From positions 124,001 to 188,000 of the forward strand of contig NW_026861942.1 in NCBI RefSeq assembly GCF_026571515.1: a DNA stretch of 64,000 bases, read 5' to 3'. Numbering within the stretch: position 1 is the first letter of the stretch; each line of letters starts with the position of its first letter. The notes under the pieces are model-generated. The model did not search any database. It saw only the letters and a list, made by a program, of their open reading frames with translations, and was not told the DNA's origin. The translations under genes were made by a program, and so were the position numbers. Below are positions 26,601-39,657 of this stretch, piece by piece. Source of the stretch: Ruditapes philippinarum. Its lineage: Eukaryota.

Positions 26601-29419
26601 TGTATTATTCTTCAGTTTTGTTTTGTTTTGTTTTAAAATGCATATCTGTGAGTGCGCTATCTATTAATATATTTGTGTACCCTTTACATACATACGTTGA
26701 TTGCAGTTTCTGAACTTTAGTAAGAGACACCTATTGATAGATCATGTATGAATCAAAAGTAATGAAACCAAAATAATTGGTAATATCTCTTCCTTTAGCT
26801 TAAGTAAAACTTAAAATCAATGTAATTTCATTCTATAATAAGAGTTGAGTAAAACATATATAGTCCGAAAGATAAAAGAGTGAAGATGCATGTTAATCAA
26901 ATCTAAGTAAAATTTTTGAATTGAAATAGCTATTCGTTTAATATAGGACACGAAGTGCACTAAAGGAAATATTAGTATATGAGATATTTCTAGTTATGTT
27001 CATCACTACTATGAAACTGTGCTGCTCCTTTATTAGTTGATTTTGATAACATTTTCATGTATTTTATTGTTGGCTTATAGTATTGTATATCTTTATCTAG
27101 CAAAGGTCTTTCACATAGAAAGAAATGAAGATGTATGTGTTCTGTCATTCACCTTTTCAGGACAAAATGACCACACGACGTAAGATTGCAACCACGTATG
27201 TATAAGTAAAATATCTAATTAATTTTAATCCACCATTTATGGAGAGAACAATAAACCAATGTCATATTAACAAATTTTAATGGGATTTCAAAAATGTCAT
27301 TCGTCGGCTCTTCGAAAATCTAACTTTACGACATTATTATCGCTGTGATTATTCTATACTTACGAAATATCAGAGAAACTTAATAGATTTGCCTCTGTTT
27401 GTCTGTCTACCTCATACGTCTATCTAACTGGTTTGGACCTAAGAAGAAGTCATTATCTTTGCTGATGACGTGTTACTTAATAAAATTAATTCCGATGGGA
27501 TTTTTATCTGATACCATCGGCTTGACCCAATCTATAAAAGATTATTGTCAGTCTATTCCCTGGTATTGCATATACTGCTGTTTGCGACATATTCTTGGAA
27601 AAGTTTGGTTATTTTGAGTATCCACAAGTCTCAACTAAAGCGTATCTAATACTAGGAGCTAGAATGAATTATTTTTACATTAATTGACTGTTTATTGTTA
27701 ATTATGAGTGTAGTGTGTAACTTTGATGTAGACATTTAAAACAATGTATGACTAAATTGAATAAATCTTCACCATCAATTTTTACGTACTTTTAGCTCTA
27801 ATTTGTTTCTTGTTATTACTCATATTTGGGACACGCAAAGTCTGGTTTTTTTCTTATCATGGAAAAGAATAATTATTTGAATTTAAAAAGTTAACCGTTG
27901 ACTTAATTTAATAAGACTGTCACGAAAACTCGGTTAAGAATTATGAAAACATATTAGCGACAATGTATCTGTTTAAAATTAGGAAAGTTTCTAGTACGAG
28001 GAATCTTGAACTTAATTGACCTAAAGCTTTTTACTTTAAAACATTGTTTACTGTATTGTTGATAAAAAAAACTGACCATGAGGTATAACTCACGCGATCT
28101 TTTATTGCATTTCGAATAAACAACGGGACAGTTTTTTTTTTAAGAAAATTATTTAAGTTAATCATACACAATTAGAAACTTTTATATTGCGTGTTAAGTT
28201 TCTTATATTTGTGGATAAATTGTCTGTGAAAAAAATATGTCCTCCTGAAAATCTTATTATTCTCCACATGTATTATGTGTCCTTGTCATTATGTAGTATT
28301 AGTACTCAGCATGGTTTAAGAGAAAGGGTTAAATTTATTAAAGCACACATGATATTTTCTTTAATAAAATAGATAAATGATTTTGCACGAAAACAGTATT
28401 GGCTGTCAACGTTTGCCTCCTTGTAGGGTTCCCGTCAATTCAAAGTAAAGTGGTCATTCTGTCATTTTTTCGATCTTAAAGTAATTTGATGATGTATACA
28501 TTCTGTCAATTGTAAGTAAAAAGTTGTTGTTTTTTTTTTGCCAATCTTAAGTTTAGTGATCATTCTGTTAATTTTAAGCAAAATGTTCCATTTAGTTTGT
28601 CTTTTGTTTAAGTGTTCATTTTGATATGAAGAAAAATATTTATTTTACCTATCTTAGGTTAAGTATTCTTTCTGTCAGTTTAACATAAAAAATAGAGATT
28701 TAAACAAGTTTCGAGATTTATGTTTACAGAAAGCCTGTTAAAACATAGCAACAGAATGTTAAAAAGCAACATAATTATGACACAAGCAAAGTGTTAGTAT
28801 GCATTTAACAAGATTAACCATTGCTATAGAGTTCGGATGTAAAGTTACTCTCTCTCAACTTTTTAAAATTCAATACAAAAACCAATTTGAAAATCAAATT
28901 AGCATTTTTATTGGTATTCTTTATCATTTATCACCACACCCTTGTGTATGAAAACGTGTATAACATTGTTAAATTATATTTTGTGCGAAAACTGCTGTGA
29001 CAAACTTCTCACTGTAAAAGTTTTTTTGACATATTGGAGAATGAACTATTTTATTAAGGGAGAGCAACTATATAAGTTTGCTTTCGTTCCAATCCCTTTC
29101 AATTTTAATTTTATGTATTAGTTATACACAATATGTGAAATATTGAATAAATATGTTAAGACTTAATATTCTATTCGCATAATGATAGCAAGGAAAAAAG
29201 AGTAACATTTCCGAATTCCTATCTAATACACGCATAATAAGAAAACATCGATCAATTAATATATGTTAAATATACTTCGACTGTTTACTTTTGCTTTTTG
29301 TGTTTCATTTTGCCTGTCCTGAAGGAAAAAGAAAGTTATTCATTCAAGATAGTTCGTTTTTGATTCTGTTAATCTGATATTATGTCAACATTTACCTTGT
29401 CAAATTGGTATATGTATAT

Positions 29420-29885
29420 TTTTTGTTGGGTTTTAAGTCAAAACCAACAATGTGAAGATCATATGAGCTGCGTCACGACAAAACCAACATAATGCGTTTG
29501 CGACCAGCATGGATCCAGACCAGCCTGCGCAGACTGATCAGGATCCATGCTGTTCGCTATCAGTTTCGCTATTTGTAATAGAGCTTAAAAGCGAACAGCA
29601 TGGATCCTGATCAGACTGGGCGGATTCGCAGGCTGGTCTGGATCCATGCTGGTCGCAAACGCATTACGTTGGTTTTGTCGTGACGTGGCTCATATGTAGA
29701 CACTTAAGCTTTACAGAACCTCAAGTGTCCCTCCGTGCATTATTTCAGGCACGAATTGGCATCTGAAAAGATTCCCCAACGTATCGTATGTCAGTTGGAT
29801 AGTTTCCTTACATGAAATAATCCAAGGCGATGATAGTTAAGTGGTCTGAAGTTATAGACATTAATTACTCGGTCACGGAAGTCTC
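29420..29885 (-). mobile_element. tRNA-derived SINE, RUDI/V-SINE-like, interrupted by a MITE
   Basis: Minus strand reads TCCGTGACCGAGT (A-box region)...CATGTAAGGAAACTATCCAACTG...CGTGCCTGAAATAATGCACGGAGGG...AAACCCAACAAAA, matching the recalled bivalve RUDI consensus. Uninterrupted paralog at 57240-57465. Confidence 0.7.
29465..29691. mobile_element. Palindromic MITE, Sola2-like, 4-bp TSD ATAT
   Basis: ATAT-GAGCTGCGTCACGACAAAACCAAC...GTTGGTTTTGTCGTGACGTGGCTC-ATAT with GAG...CTC ends. Single ATAT at the empty paralogous site 57277-57280. Confidence 0.85.
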
Positions 29886-31794
29886 TCACATATTGGTAGA
29901 CCTTCGACATAATGATTATTACAATAATGCACCGCAGGCCATTACTATTTAAGATACTGTTTTCTTGTTTATGTTAAATATCAAAACTTAGGTGTGATCA
30001 TCTATGATGATAAAAAATCGATTTGTCTATAATATATTTCAAGAATAAAATAAAATAATATCAAGATTTTGTGCCGAGGATACAAGAAAAAATATAAGCA
30101 GGTAGGAAGTTAAGTTGAATTTTAATATTTTTAATATCAAATCATGTCTTAAGTGAATGAAATTATTACAAAAAAATCCCGAACGAATAAAACAGCAATC
30201 AACTAGCCAAGTGTCTGTCCCAACAGTGAGCATTTCCACTACTTACACCAAGGGTCATGATTTGTTCAAGCAAACAAGTTGGCAAACAAATTAATGAATG
30301 TGTCGCCAAAGCCAAATGATATAATAAAAGTCAAACAATTGAGTTATATTAATAAATGAAAGTGATCTATTTAATAAATATTGGCATATTCTATTTCAAG
30401 ACAGAGATAAATAGAGTGCACGTAGTAATAAAATCATATCAGTGCAATTCCGTAAATACAATTTTACTAAATTGTCTGTGACTTTATTGCAAGTAAAAAA
30501 AATATAATAATTTCATTTTTACGGTTTAAACATATCACCAAACTTTGTCTTAGTATCTTCTCTATGATATTATATTCCCTCTATTGGCTAGTTCCCCCTT
30601 ACTTTAAAGTAATAAGGTACAATTTGGGTACGATTTGAAATCCGAATTGTATGTAAATAAAAATACAAAATTTCAACGCAAAAGCAATTCAAAGAATATT
30701 ATATAAGGCGTCTAAGATACTTACTAATGTTAGTGCCTACTGTGATTTATCTAGAGAATTTAACTTAGTATACGAAGAACGATACAGAATTGTCAGGCAT
30801 TATAAACAGAAAAATGATCAAGTCTTCGAATGTTCTTATACTGTATAAAATTTTTCCAAGAAATTTCTTATATTTTTCTAAGATACTCAGATCAAAACAA
30901 ATGAATATGAATAGAAGTTTTGTTGTCGAATAATCAAGTTTTCAAGTGCTATATTACTTGCGTAACATACTTTAGATTTCCATACCAAGCAAATCATGTT
31001 TGAATTCAATATAATGGAGATGAACAATTCCAGTTCTAACTGTTAAAGTTAGACAAGAGTAAGTTTTAGATTGAAACGTTGGACGGAATTTTAAAAACAA
31101 ACATACGAATGTACGTCAACTAAATGACTCCATCAATATTCAATTCATGATAGCAATTACAGTCCTCCCTATGGTGAGTGAATTAAAATCGAGAAAATAG
31201 GAAAATAAAGCATTCGAAATTAAGCAAAAGGATATCCGTTTGTAGAGTAAGTTCAGTTATAATAACAGGACTAAATTTTGTTGGCGCATGAAGCATATTG
31301 TAAAGTACGCGTTTGTCATCGGCATCAGATTTTAAATGTTTGACTTCTGTCTTACATGAATCTTGTTTTATAATTAGCAAAAGCAAGTTCCAGGCGATAT
31401 AAATGTATTGTCTCATTTGATATAAAATACAAATGCTACTTTCCTCGTTATCCATCTTATTAAATGGTTTTGAAACAAACAAAATACTCATTAACGAGTC
31501 ATAATTTGGCAGATAATCGTAATTTAGTCTGTACATGCCACTTCTTCAGAACTTGTTACCGAAAATGTGAACCATCAGTTTTCAAGTGTACCCCTTTCCT
31601 AACACCTGGAAATGAAATGTGGTTGAATTTTCATTAACAAGTTTAAAACACATAGAACGTAATAATAGAAGGAATCATAACTCAAATAGGTAGGTCGTTT
31701 TTAAATAAATGTTTTGTTTTTATCCTGCTTGTAAATACAAAATTGTTAAATAGAAAGTAATGTACTGATATTTGTTTCTTTTTTTTATTAATTT

Positions 31795-31960
31795 ATATTT
31801 TGTTCGATTTGCTTTTTCCGTTACACCAATACAATAGAAGTCTCATGACGATTCGGCAGCTATATTGGTTGAGGAAGTATCAGTCGCATAATTTCAGGCA
31901 CGATTAGGCATCTAAGAAGAACCAGTGATGTTCCTTCAGCTGGTTGGATAGCTGCTAAAC
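31795..31960 (-). mobile_element. Truncated, diverged RUDI-like SINE (paralog 59652-59815)
   Basis: Core GCATAATTTCAGGCACGA...GAACC...GTTGGATAGC is shared with 29735-29805. Confidence 0.55.
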
Positions 31961-33749
31961 ACAACAAGTATGTCTGAAAAAAAACATAAACACCTGGAAA
32001 CACTTTGATATATATCATTTCGCAAAAATAACCATTTACATTTTGAAGTTATACGACATTATAATTTCAAAAAATACTACATAAATAATTAAAACAATAC
32101 ATGTAACTCTCTTTGTAATGTCAGAGCCTTCTAATTTACATTTGCATGAGCCTTGTTAATAACATTAGAATGAGCAATTAAGTTTATTGATCATCCCTGG
32201 CCAGACATTGTCATTTTCGAAAAATAGTCCTCCCACTGTTGTCAAAAGGTAAAGAAGGGTCATTTGAATTGATCGAGTAAAATACAATTTAATTAAATTA
32301 GTTTAAACATAATTATTTCCCAAATATATACAGTTACATATAAACATATACATATACAATACAAAAACATGTTACATCCAGGAAAAGGATGAGAACAAAA
32401 GACTAAGTCTTATCAAATTCTTCTCCTTTTTATTGTGTTTCGATAATGTGGCGAGTTTTGTACTATATAAAAAGTATGACAACTGGGGAATATAGATATT
32501 TTGGAAAATAATGAAATTCAATGGTAAATAAAAGTAGAATTTAAAGTCTCCATTTAAATTCATATTCATTTTTTTTCTCCTCGACTACTTCTTACTTTCA
32601 TGAAAATGCTATGATGTAATTTTGTTGATTTTGATACGCTTAAAGTTAAATATCGTGTTTATGAAAAGTAATTTTAATTTGAATATAATTTTTTGCAAAA
32701 ATAATTTTATTGATATTTTTTGACCATGTTCTTCATTTTTTACTATACAGACGATTTTATATCAATTTATTGTTGCGTTTAAATTTTTTCTGATGCACGT
32801 GTATTAAATCTCTGAACGAATGTAGAAAAGGACATTTATTTTTTCAGCAGAATGTTTTTGAAACGTCATTTTATTATGTCTAGTATGCACTTCATTTTTA
32901 CAGCTGTCCAAATATATAAGAATTGAAGGCAATAGTGTTGCCATAAAGACAACATTACATGTAATGCTATTACGGCTTACAAGCACAATCAAACCTAGAA
33001 AATTTTACTATTTTGCCGTGTTGGGCTTTTTTAAGGGATTGTGTTTTTCTCTATAACAAAATGATAGCAGTTCAGATAATTTGGCTAATCTGGGTTGTGC
33101 AGCTTTAGAAATTAATCTATTTCCTGATCATTTATTTTAGTTGTCGATGCAAAAACAATACACGCATTTATGACATCTTTCTAAAGCAATGTTCACTGAG
33201 AGTAAGAGAGCTTTATTCTCTCGGAGAATGCGTATTTCAAACGGTTATATAACTCTTGAAAAACAAAAGAGCTATGCTTGAGAAATAACTTTCTAACTGC
33301 ACGAATGATTTACGACTTAAATTAATAAACAAAAAAAACGAAAGTTTGAGCTCGCCACATTAACCATGTTCTTTCAAAGAACAGAGAAAACTGATATAAA
33401 CGTCGAAGACTTTTTCATGTAATCAGATTTTGTTTTATCTTCTCTTTAAGCAGCATTCGCATTAGTACAACGTACCAGATGTGTCTCGAATGTCAGATAG
33501 TTTTTATCATTTTACATTCGTAACAAGAAATCAGAGATTTTCAAACTAGAGTATTGTCTTTTACGAAGTGGTGTAAATACTACAGGAAGAACGACTTAGG
33601 ATATTTTCTTTTCTAGTATATTTCTTATAAACACTTTTATGTTCAACATAATGATTTTCACCAAAATGAGTACTCGATGGAATCTCAAAAATAAAAATAA
33701 TCATGTGAAAATGACTATTAAAATAATTAAGAAAATTAGATACATAAAT

Positions 33750-33984
33750 GAGCCGCACAATGACAAAACTAGCATAATGGGGATGCGACCAGAATGGATC
33801 CAGACCAGCCTGCGCTTCCGCGCAGACTGATCAGGATCCATGCTGTTCGCTATCAGTTTCTCTACTTGTAATAGGGTTTGTAAGCGAACAGCATGAATCC
33901 TGATCAGATTGCGCGGATTTGCAGGCTGGTCTGGATCCATGCTAGCCGCAAACCAATTATGTTGGTTTTGTCATGACGCGGCTC
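33750..33984. mobile_element. Second Sola2-like MITE copy, TSD AAAT
   Basis: AAAT-GAGCCGCACAATGACAAAAC...GTTTTGTCATGACGCGGCTC-AAAT; same family as 29465-29691. Confidence 0.85.
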
Positions 33985-35717
33985 AAATATGGTTAAAATG
34001 AGGGTCACAAATGCCATTTTGAGAGAGGTTTTTTATTTACTCTTTAAGATCATGTTTAATTCCAAAAATGATTATATTAATTGGCTGTTTTGAATCTAAA
34101 CCTTTTGCAAATTCATTTTACAAATTCATCCGGTTGTAATTAAGGGTGCAACAATTTAGCTACATTTAGAAAGGTAAACCAGACAGATATTGCTGTCGAA
34201 TAGTTATAATTTCTTGAGCTTTCGTGACAAAATTTATTAAATTATACTTTCAAGGCTTCACACAATTCTAGATTCAATTCTAAAAAATTATAGAAAAAGT
34301 ACATGTATTTCCAGCATCATGTATCAGGTGCTCTTTTACTTCCGGCCATAGAAATCGGCCGGTCATTGTGACAATTTGTTATTGTACTAGAAAGCAACCA
34401 GTTTATATGATACACAAGTACCTACGCGTTTTTTGTATTCGCTTCTCATTCATCTCTAGGTAAGCTTGATAAATGGTCATTAAAATAACATTTCTAACCT
34501 CATTTATCAGGCATTCTTTTACTTCGGGCAAAAAGCTATCGGTCAATATGACAATTTGAATAATTGTAGTCAAGTTATAATTACTGCTATACATTGATTA
34601 GAAACGTAGAATCTTTTTCCGTCATCATTTATTATTAAAGTGTCACAGATATAGAACAAATTATTATAAGGATAAAATAAATGTACTGCAAATTGAAGTT
34701 GCTATTTTGATTATAATGTTTTATTCTATTTCAAATGTTTGCATAATTTTATAAACTTAAAAAGAACCAAACATGTCATTATTTCAAAACCTACTCATTA
34801 AATGATTTGATACATAGCTACCTAGGAATGATTTTATATCAAATATGCTACAATGTTATTGTAATATATTATCTAAAGGATATTAAATGAAAAACTTTCA
34901 ATTTAACACTTCATATGATAAAGTTTGATTAACTAATGAAATGCTTTATGAACCTTTGAAAAGCACATAAAAAGACGCACAACTTGAAAATCGCTGACCT
35001 TGTCCAGACATAGCTATTAACCCTCTTTCACTACTTATAATACACTTCAAAACTTTAATAAATTAGCATATTTTACTTGAAACTATATTAAAGTATTTGC
35101 TAAACATAGTTTTTTATGTATGATGCCTTAACGTATAAGATCTACATGTATGTGTGAGAGAAAAAAGTTGAAAAAATAACATTAGTTCGAAGAAGCAGGC
35201 ATTATGACGATGTCATTAAAAGGGTAGATGTAAATGTGCATAATATCCGTAATGTTACAAGTGAGTTAATGTGTTTGAAGTAACAAATATTGAATACTTT
35301 ATCAAAATAGGTATGCAAATTACATACTTTGCAATAAACATTGCATTTCTATTACCAAAATGCAGTCATTATCGATATATTATGTCATATATGCAAACAA
35401 GAGATACACTTAACAGCAAAATAAATTATCAAATCCATTTCAAATTTTAGTTGATGTTATAAACATTGTTATCAAATAAATGATAAATATAGAATACAGA
35501 GGTCATAAAACACATGGAACATATACTAAATATACAGTATCAAAATTGTGTAGCATTTTGTAAACAAACCTAACTAAATAAGTCAACGCACCATTGTTAT
35601 TTTTATGTAAATAACATGTGTTACCCAACTATGTAATCGATTACAGGAACCGATTTGCTTTGACCATGATTGATCCTAAATTGACATAATTAAATTCCTT
35701 TAGGGCGTACATTTGAC

Positions 35718-35724
35718 TATAAAA
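35718..35724 (+). promoter_or_regulatory. TATA box of the cysteine-rich protein gene; probable non-coding exon 1 ~35748-35790
   Basis: TATAAAA lies ~70 bp upstream of a consensus donor AA|GTAAGT (35791). Acceptor TTTCTTTTTCAG ends at 35917, 12 nt before the ATG. Confidence 0.65.
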
Positions 35725-35929
35725 GACATCAACAAGGCTTCACAATCAAAACAATTTTCAGTGTTCTCTCGTTGTAGCATAACAACCCAAGTAAGTTTTA
35801 CGTTTCCTATTTAATAGCAACTTATTTTGTTACAGAATAATCTGTGGAATTTCAGTATTCAACCTACGACAAGGTTTGTGACTTATTTATATATAAATTT
35901 AGGTGTTTCTTTTTCAGTCAATCTTAATC

Positions 35930-37433
35930 ATGTTCCGGTTCGAAGTTTGCCTTCTCTTGGTAGTTGCTGTTGTATACACCATGGCTAATGAATGTTCCAA
36001 GTAAGTGTTGCTTATGTTCTTTAGTCTTTTTGTATAAGTTGTAATTTAGCTTGTAAATTTCACATCTTCATTATCTCAAAATGATAAATGTGTGCAGAGT
36101 TCATAATTGTCCTCGTGTTTTTGATATTTGTGCTAATATGACGCCATTACTTGCATGTTTGTTACTTTCAATGTATCATTAAACACCTTATTTGAGGAAT
36201 AAATGTAGCGAATATAACTGATATGCCAATTTAAATGATTCCGAGTAAAAACATACTGTTGTTTACACTGACTTCAGTATGAACGTTAACATATGAACAG
36301 TTCTTTTGGATGAAAGGACATTTTTTTCTCTTTCAGCTGCACATGTGGTCAAGTATGTGACTCAACCTCTGTATGTACAGATGGTAAGTATATGTTTGTA
36401 AACTTTGTAAAGTACTATGTCTGAATAGAGTGGGATTCCTGGGTTCTTTAGATTAAATAATCTATTATAACTTAAATTTTCTTATAATTTAAAAGTAGAT
36501 ATAAATGTGGTTTCGCACAACCTGGTATGAAATGACAATGTCTTTACTCTTTTCCCTATTTTTATAAACAATCAAATTGCGTAACGTTATAATAACAGGC
36601 TGCTTAGTGTATGACAAATTCATTAAAGTTGGCGAAGAATTAGCAGTGTATGGTAATACATGCAAATGTCAGAATGAAACAGATGCAAAAGGAAGAGTCA
36701 CCGCGGTAAATATGACAAGCTTACATAATGAAAATATATACAAACGAAAGTGGTATATTTAATTGAACTCATTCATATTTAGGTTTAAACTGCATTAAGT
36801 GTTTAAATCATATTTCAATTTGTGTTTATTCAATATAACAAGAACATACAATACGTATATGTAAAAGGCAAAATAAACCAAATGAAATAAATGGGTGTAA
36901 ATTATTACAAGCGACATATATACTAAAAATCCAGAACTGTAATTCACATTATTCTAATATCCTTACTGTTATATCTGGGAATAGTTGTAACAACTCTCCG
37001 ATTACAAAGTGTCCGATATAGCGTTATGCTATTACTGAACATTACTTTTTTATATAACAACAAAATAGTTCATGGACTGTAATGAACGGCTATGGTTGAC
37101 GCCAATGTGTAGTAACATCATAACTGCCACGATCTACCAACGTTTTATCATGTAATTAAAAGTGTAATAAGAAACTGTAAATATATTGCCTGTGATAATG
37201 TATTTTGTGAGCGAGAAATGTAATCTTTATTTGCAAAACATACAGTTTAGCTCTTTTATATATAGGTTTACATATAAACATCATGAATTGAAGTAATAAC
37301 AATGTCCCTATAGTATACAGATATGTGTTTTATGTGTGAGTATTTTTCATTTCAGTGTACAAGTCTGGAGTTTGTTGGTGCACCAGCTGGTGACCCATGG
37401 ACCCTGAACCCAAACTGCAATACAAAACTTTGA
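35930..37433 (+). CDS. Small secreted cysteine-rich protein, 100 aa; join(35930..36000,36337..36383,36599..36705,37356..37433): MFRFEVCLLLVVAVVYTMANECSNCTCGQVCDSTSVCTDGCLVYDKFIKVGEELAVYGNTCKCQNETDAKGRVTACTSLEFVGAPAGDPWTLNPNCNTKL
   Basis: Three GT-AG introns (donors GTAAGT, GTAAGT, GTAAAT; acceptors TTTCAG, TAACAG, TTTCAG) with compatible phases 2,1,0 give one open frame. Hydrophobic signal peptide of ~19 aa, 10 Cys in the mature part, upstream TATA and downstream AATAAA. Exon 3 is seen in ORF 36577..36762. Confidence 0.85.
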
Positions 37434-37475
37434 TAGATAATCTACGTTGTGTTCGATTGATGTGTAATATTTGCA

Positions 37476-37481
37476 AATAAA
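37476..37481 (+). terminator. Polyadenylation signal
   Basis: AATAAA 43 nt after the stop codon, followed by a GT/T-rich tract at ~37500-37520. Confidence 0.65.
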
Positions 37482-39365
37482 TATTAATATGTTTCAAGTG
37501 CTAGTTTGTTTTTTGTTTTATATCTTTATTCTAATTGTTTGTTTCATAGGTATTTTATTTCTTGTAATGGGATTGAAAATCGCATCATATGTATAAAGAC
37601 GACGACACCTGTAAATTATACGAACATGTTACCATCGGGAATCAGGTGCCTTTTATATTAAGACCATGGTATGTTTAATGACCGTATCGTTGAATTCATT
37701 GTATAAAGGGTAGATGTTCAAACATCTTGAATAATTATAACGTTCTTATCGGAAAACTAAAAACACTTAATGCACGTAGAAAATATATATTGTATAATTT
37801 AAAATATTTGTTGGATACAGTACTGAAATTTTTTTATTCGATAATTTGAATCATGGGATAAAACCCGCCCCGCCTATAAAGTAAGCACAAATTTCTAATA
37901 AAGCGTTATCATCCTGATAGACTACAGTGTAGTAGATATAATGAGTGTCCCTGGAAATGTCACTTGTAAATAATGCATATGCTTAATTCTCCTTATAAAA
38001 ATATGTCTATGTCTAAAACATGGAAAAAGATTTTAAAGTCTTTAGGACATACGAGGGATGATAAAAAATTAAACAGGACGTTGGCTGTCAATTGAAGACT
38101 TTTTAAACTATCACTTATGATTATATATCTGAATTAATCGGAAAACTATACCATATCTTATTTGATAACACAAATAGCTTGTACGTTACAGCGATGTCAA
38201 AAAGCATGGCAACACACACCCGGCGCAGTGCATAAATTTGCTCTGACAATAGGCGCTTTATGAAACGTATATTTTACAATATGGCTAAATAAGATTTCAA
38301 AATACGCCGAAATGTCATGAGCCACATTTAACGTTGTTAGAAAAAATGAATTCATATCATTGCAATCACAATTCATAAGTGACTTGTAAAAGAAAAACTC
38401 GCGTTAAAATTATGCCGTCGGAACGTCACGAAATTCGATCAAAAAGAAATAATATTGCGTAAATAGTAAGTCGAGAAACTGTATAAGATATAAAAAGGGA
38501 CAAAGGGAAAAGGTTAAGGTAGCCACAGCACAGTTTTTGATTGAAATAAATGAATAAGAAAGGGTGATTGATAAAGTGAAAACAGAAAAATAAGGGAGAG
38601 GCAAAAAGGAGACATTTCCGAGGACATCGGTGACGTCAATCACCGAGAGAGACGTTGAAAAGTGGAAGGTAATTGCTTGCGGACATTATAAACGATGTTA
38701 GACAGTAGCTACGGGACTGTACAATCAACTCTATGTAAGAAATTTAAAATGATAAATATTTATGCAATTATTATCACACTGGCCAAAGCTTTTACAAAAA
38801 CGGTTGGTTCATCACATTTGCGATGGAGATTTCGTCGCAGAAGCGGTGGATAAAATATGGCCGTTTGCTGCTGTCGGTAAGTTTATGACTGAATTTTACT
38901 TTATGTTTTAATGTTTTACCGAACACACCGAGTGAGACTGGAGCCTACACATTTGCGTTTCCAACTTATTACACGCACACGGTGCAATTCATTGCCATTT
39001 TTGCTAACACATATGTACAGTTTGACGTGGGAACGCCACTTTTGCATATTTTAGGTTACAACACGTACAATTGTGTACAAAACGTCCCATTAATGCACCA
39101 GCATTATACCATATGTATAATACTTGCACCAAAACAACCATAATTTGGAATTTTTGAAAATTGTTATTGGCTTTTTATAAAATGACAAAAATGATAACAA
39201 CGCAGACGGCCTTGGATTCGATTGCAACGCAGTGTGGTCCCGATACCATTAATGTCTATTGTGAGGATTTAACTTGACATAACGCATGTTTCAATTGAGA
39301 AAAACCCTTTTGTTGACATCAGAGAAATGCTTTCTTTTAGTGTTTAAAACAATATGATTTTATAT

Positions 39366-39657
39366 TATAAGAATCTTACACTGACTGTCGGTACAGACCG
39401 GAATGTTTAGCTGGAGGTTAACTCTTTATTGTGGTAAAAGGGCTCTGCTGAATTGCCGCTTAACAGTTACCCTAGAGCAAGATAATCCCGGTTGTACCGA
39501 CAGCCGGTGTTTAATTCTTTTCTTTTTTTTTGCATATAACATAGCAATTATTATTAGATCAGAAATCACGAAAAATAATATATCCATAACAACTTTTTTC
39601 TTATAGTCGCGAATGAAATTACCATTTCATTCATAATGATAAAATGACTTCCTGAGA
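39366..39657. mobile_element. Partial, more diverged copy of the 23089-23512 hairpin element, opposite orientation
   Basis: TATAAGAATCTTACAC...GGTACAGACCGGAAT is the reverse complement of 23473-23512; similarity continues to ~23225. Confidence 0.7.

Larger units (their letters stand above)
19680..32880 (+). repeat. Segmental duplication 2, copy A; paralog of ~39990-63670
   Basis: Matches: 19690-19750/40000-40060, 20560-21380/40340-41090, 21400-21870/44250-44690, 25580-28680/46005-49560 and 50740-56580, 28790-32040/56705-59890, 32550-32860/63400-63670. Confidence 0.9.

Noticed and set aside
28440-28680. Degenerate CATTCTGTCAATTTTAAGT repeats (also 49390-49560 and 56240-56570)
   Set aside because: An ordinary decayed minisatellite carried along by the segmental duplication.
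35836-35873. Extra 5' UTR micro-exon
   Set aside because: It would need at least one flanking intron of only ~44-45 nt; a single 127-nt intron (35791-35917) is more plausible.
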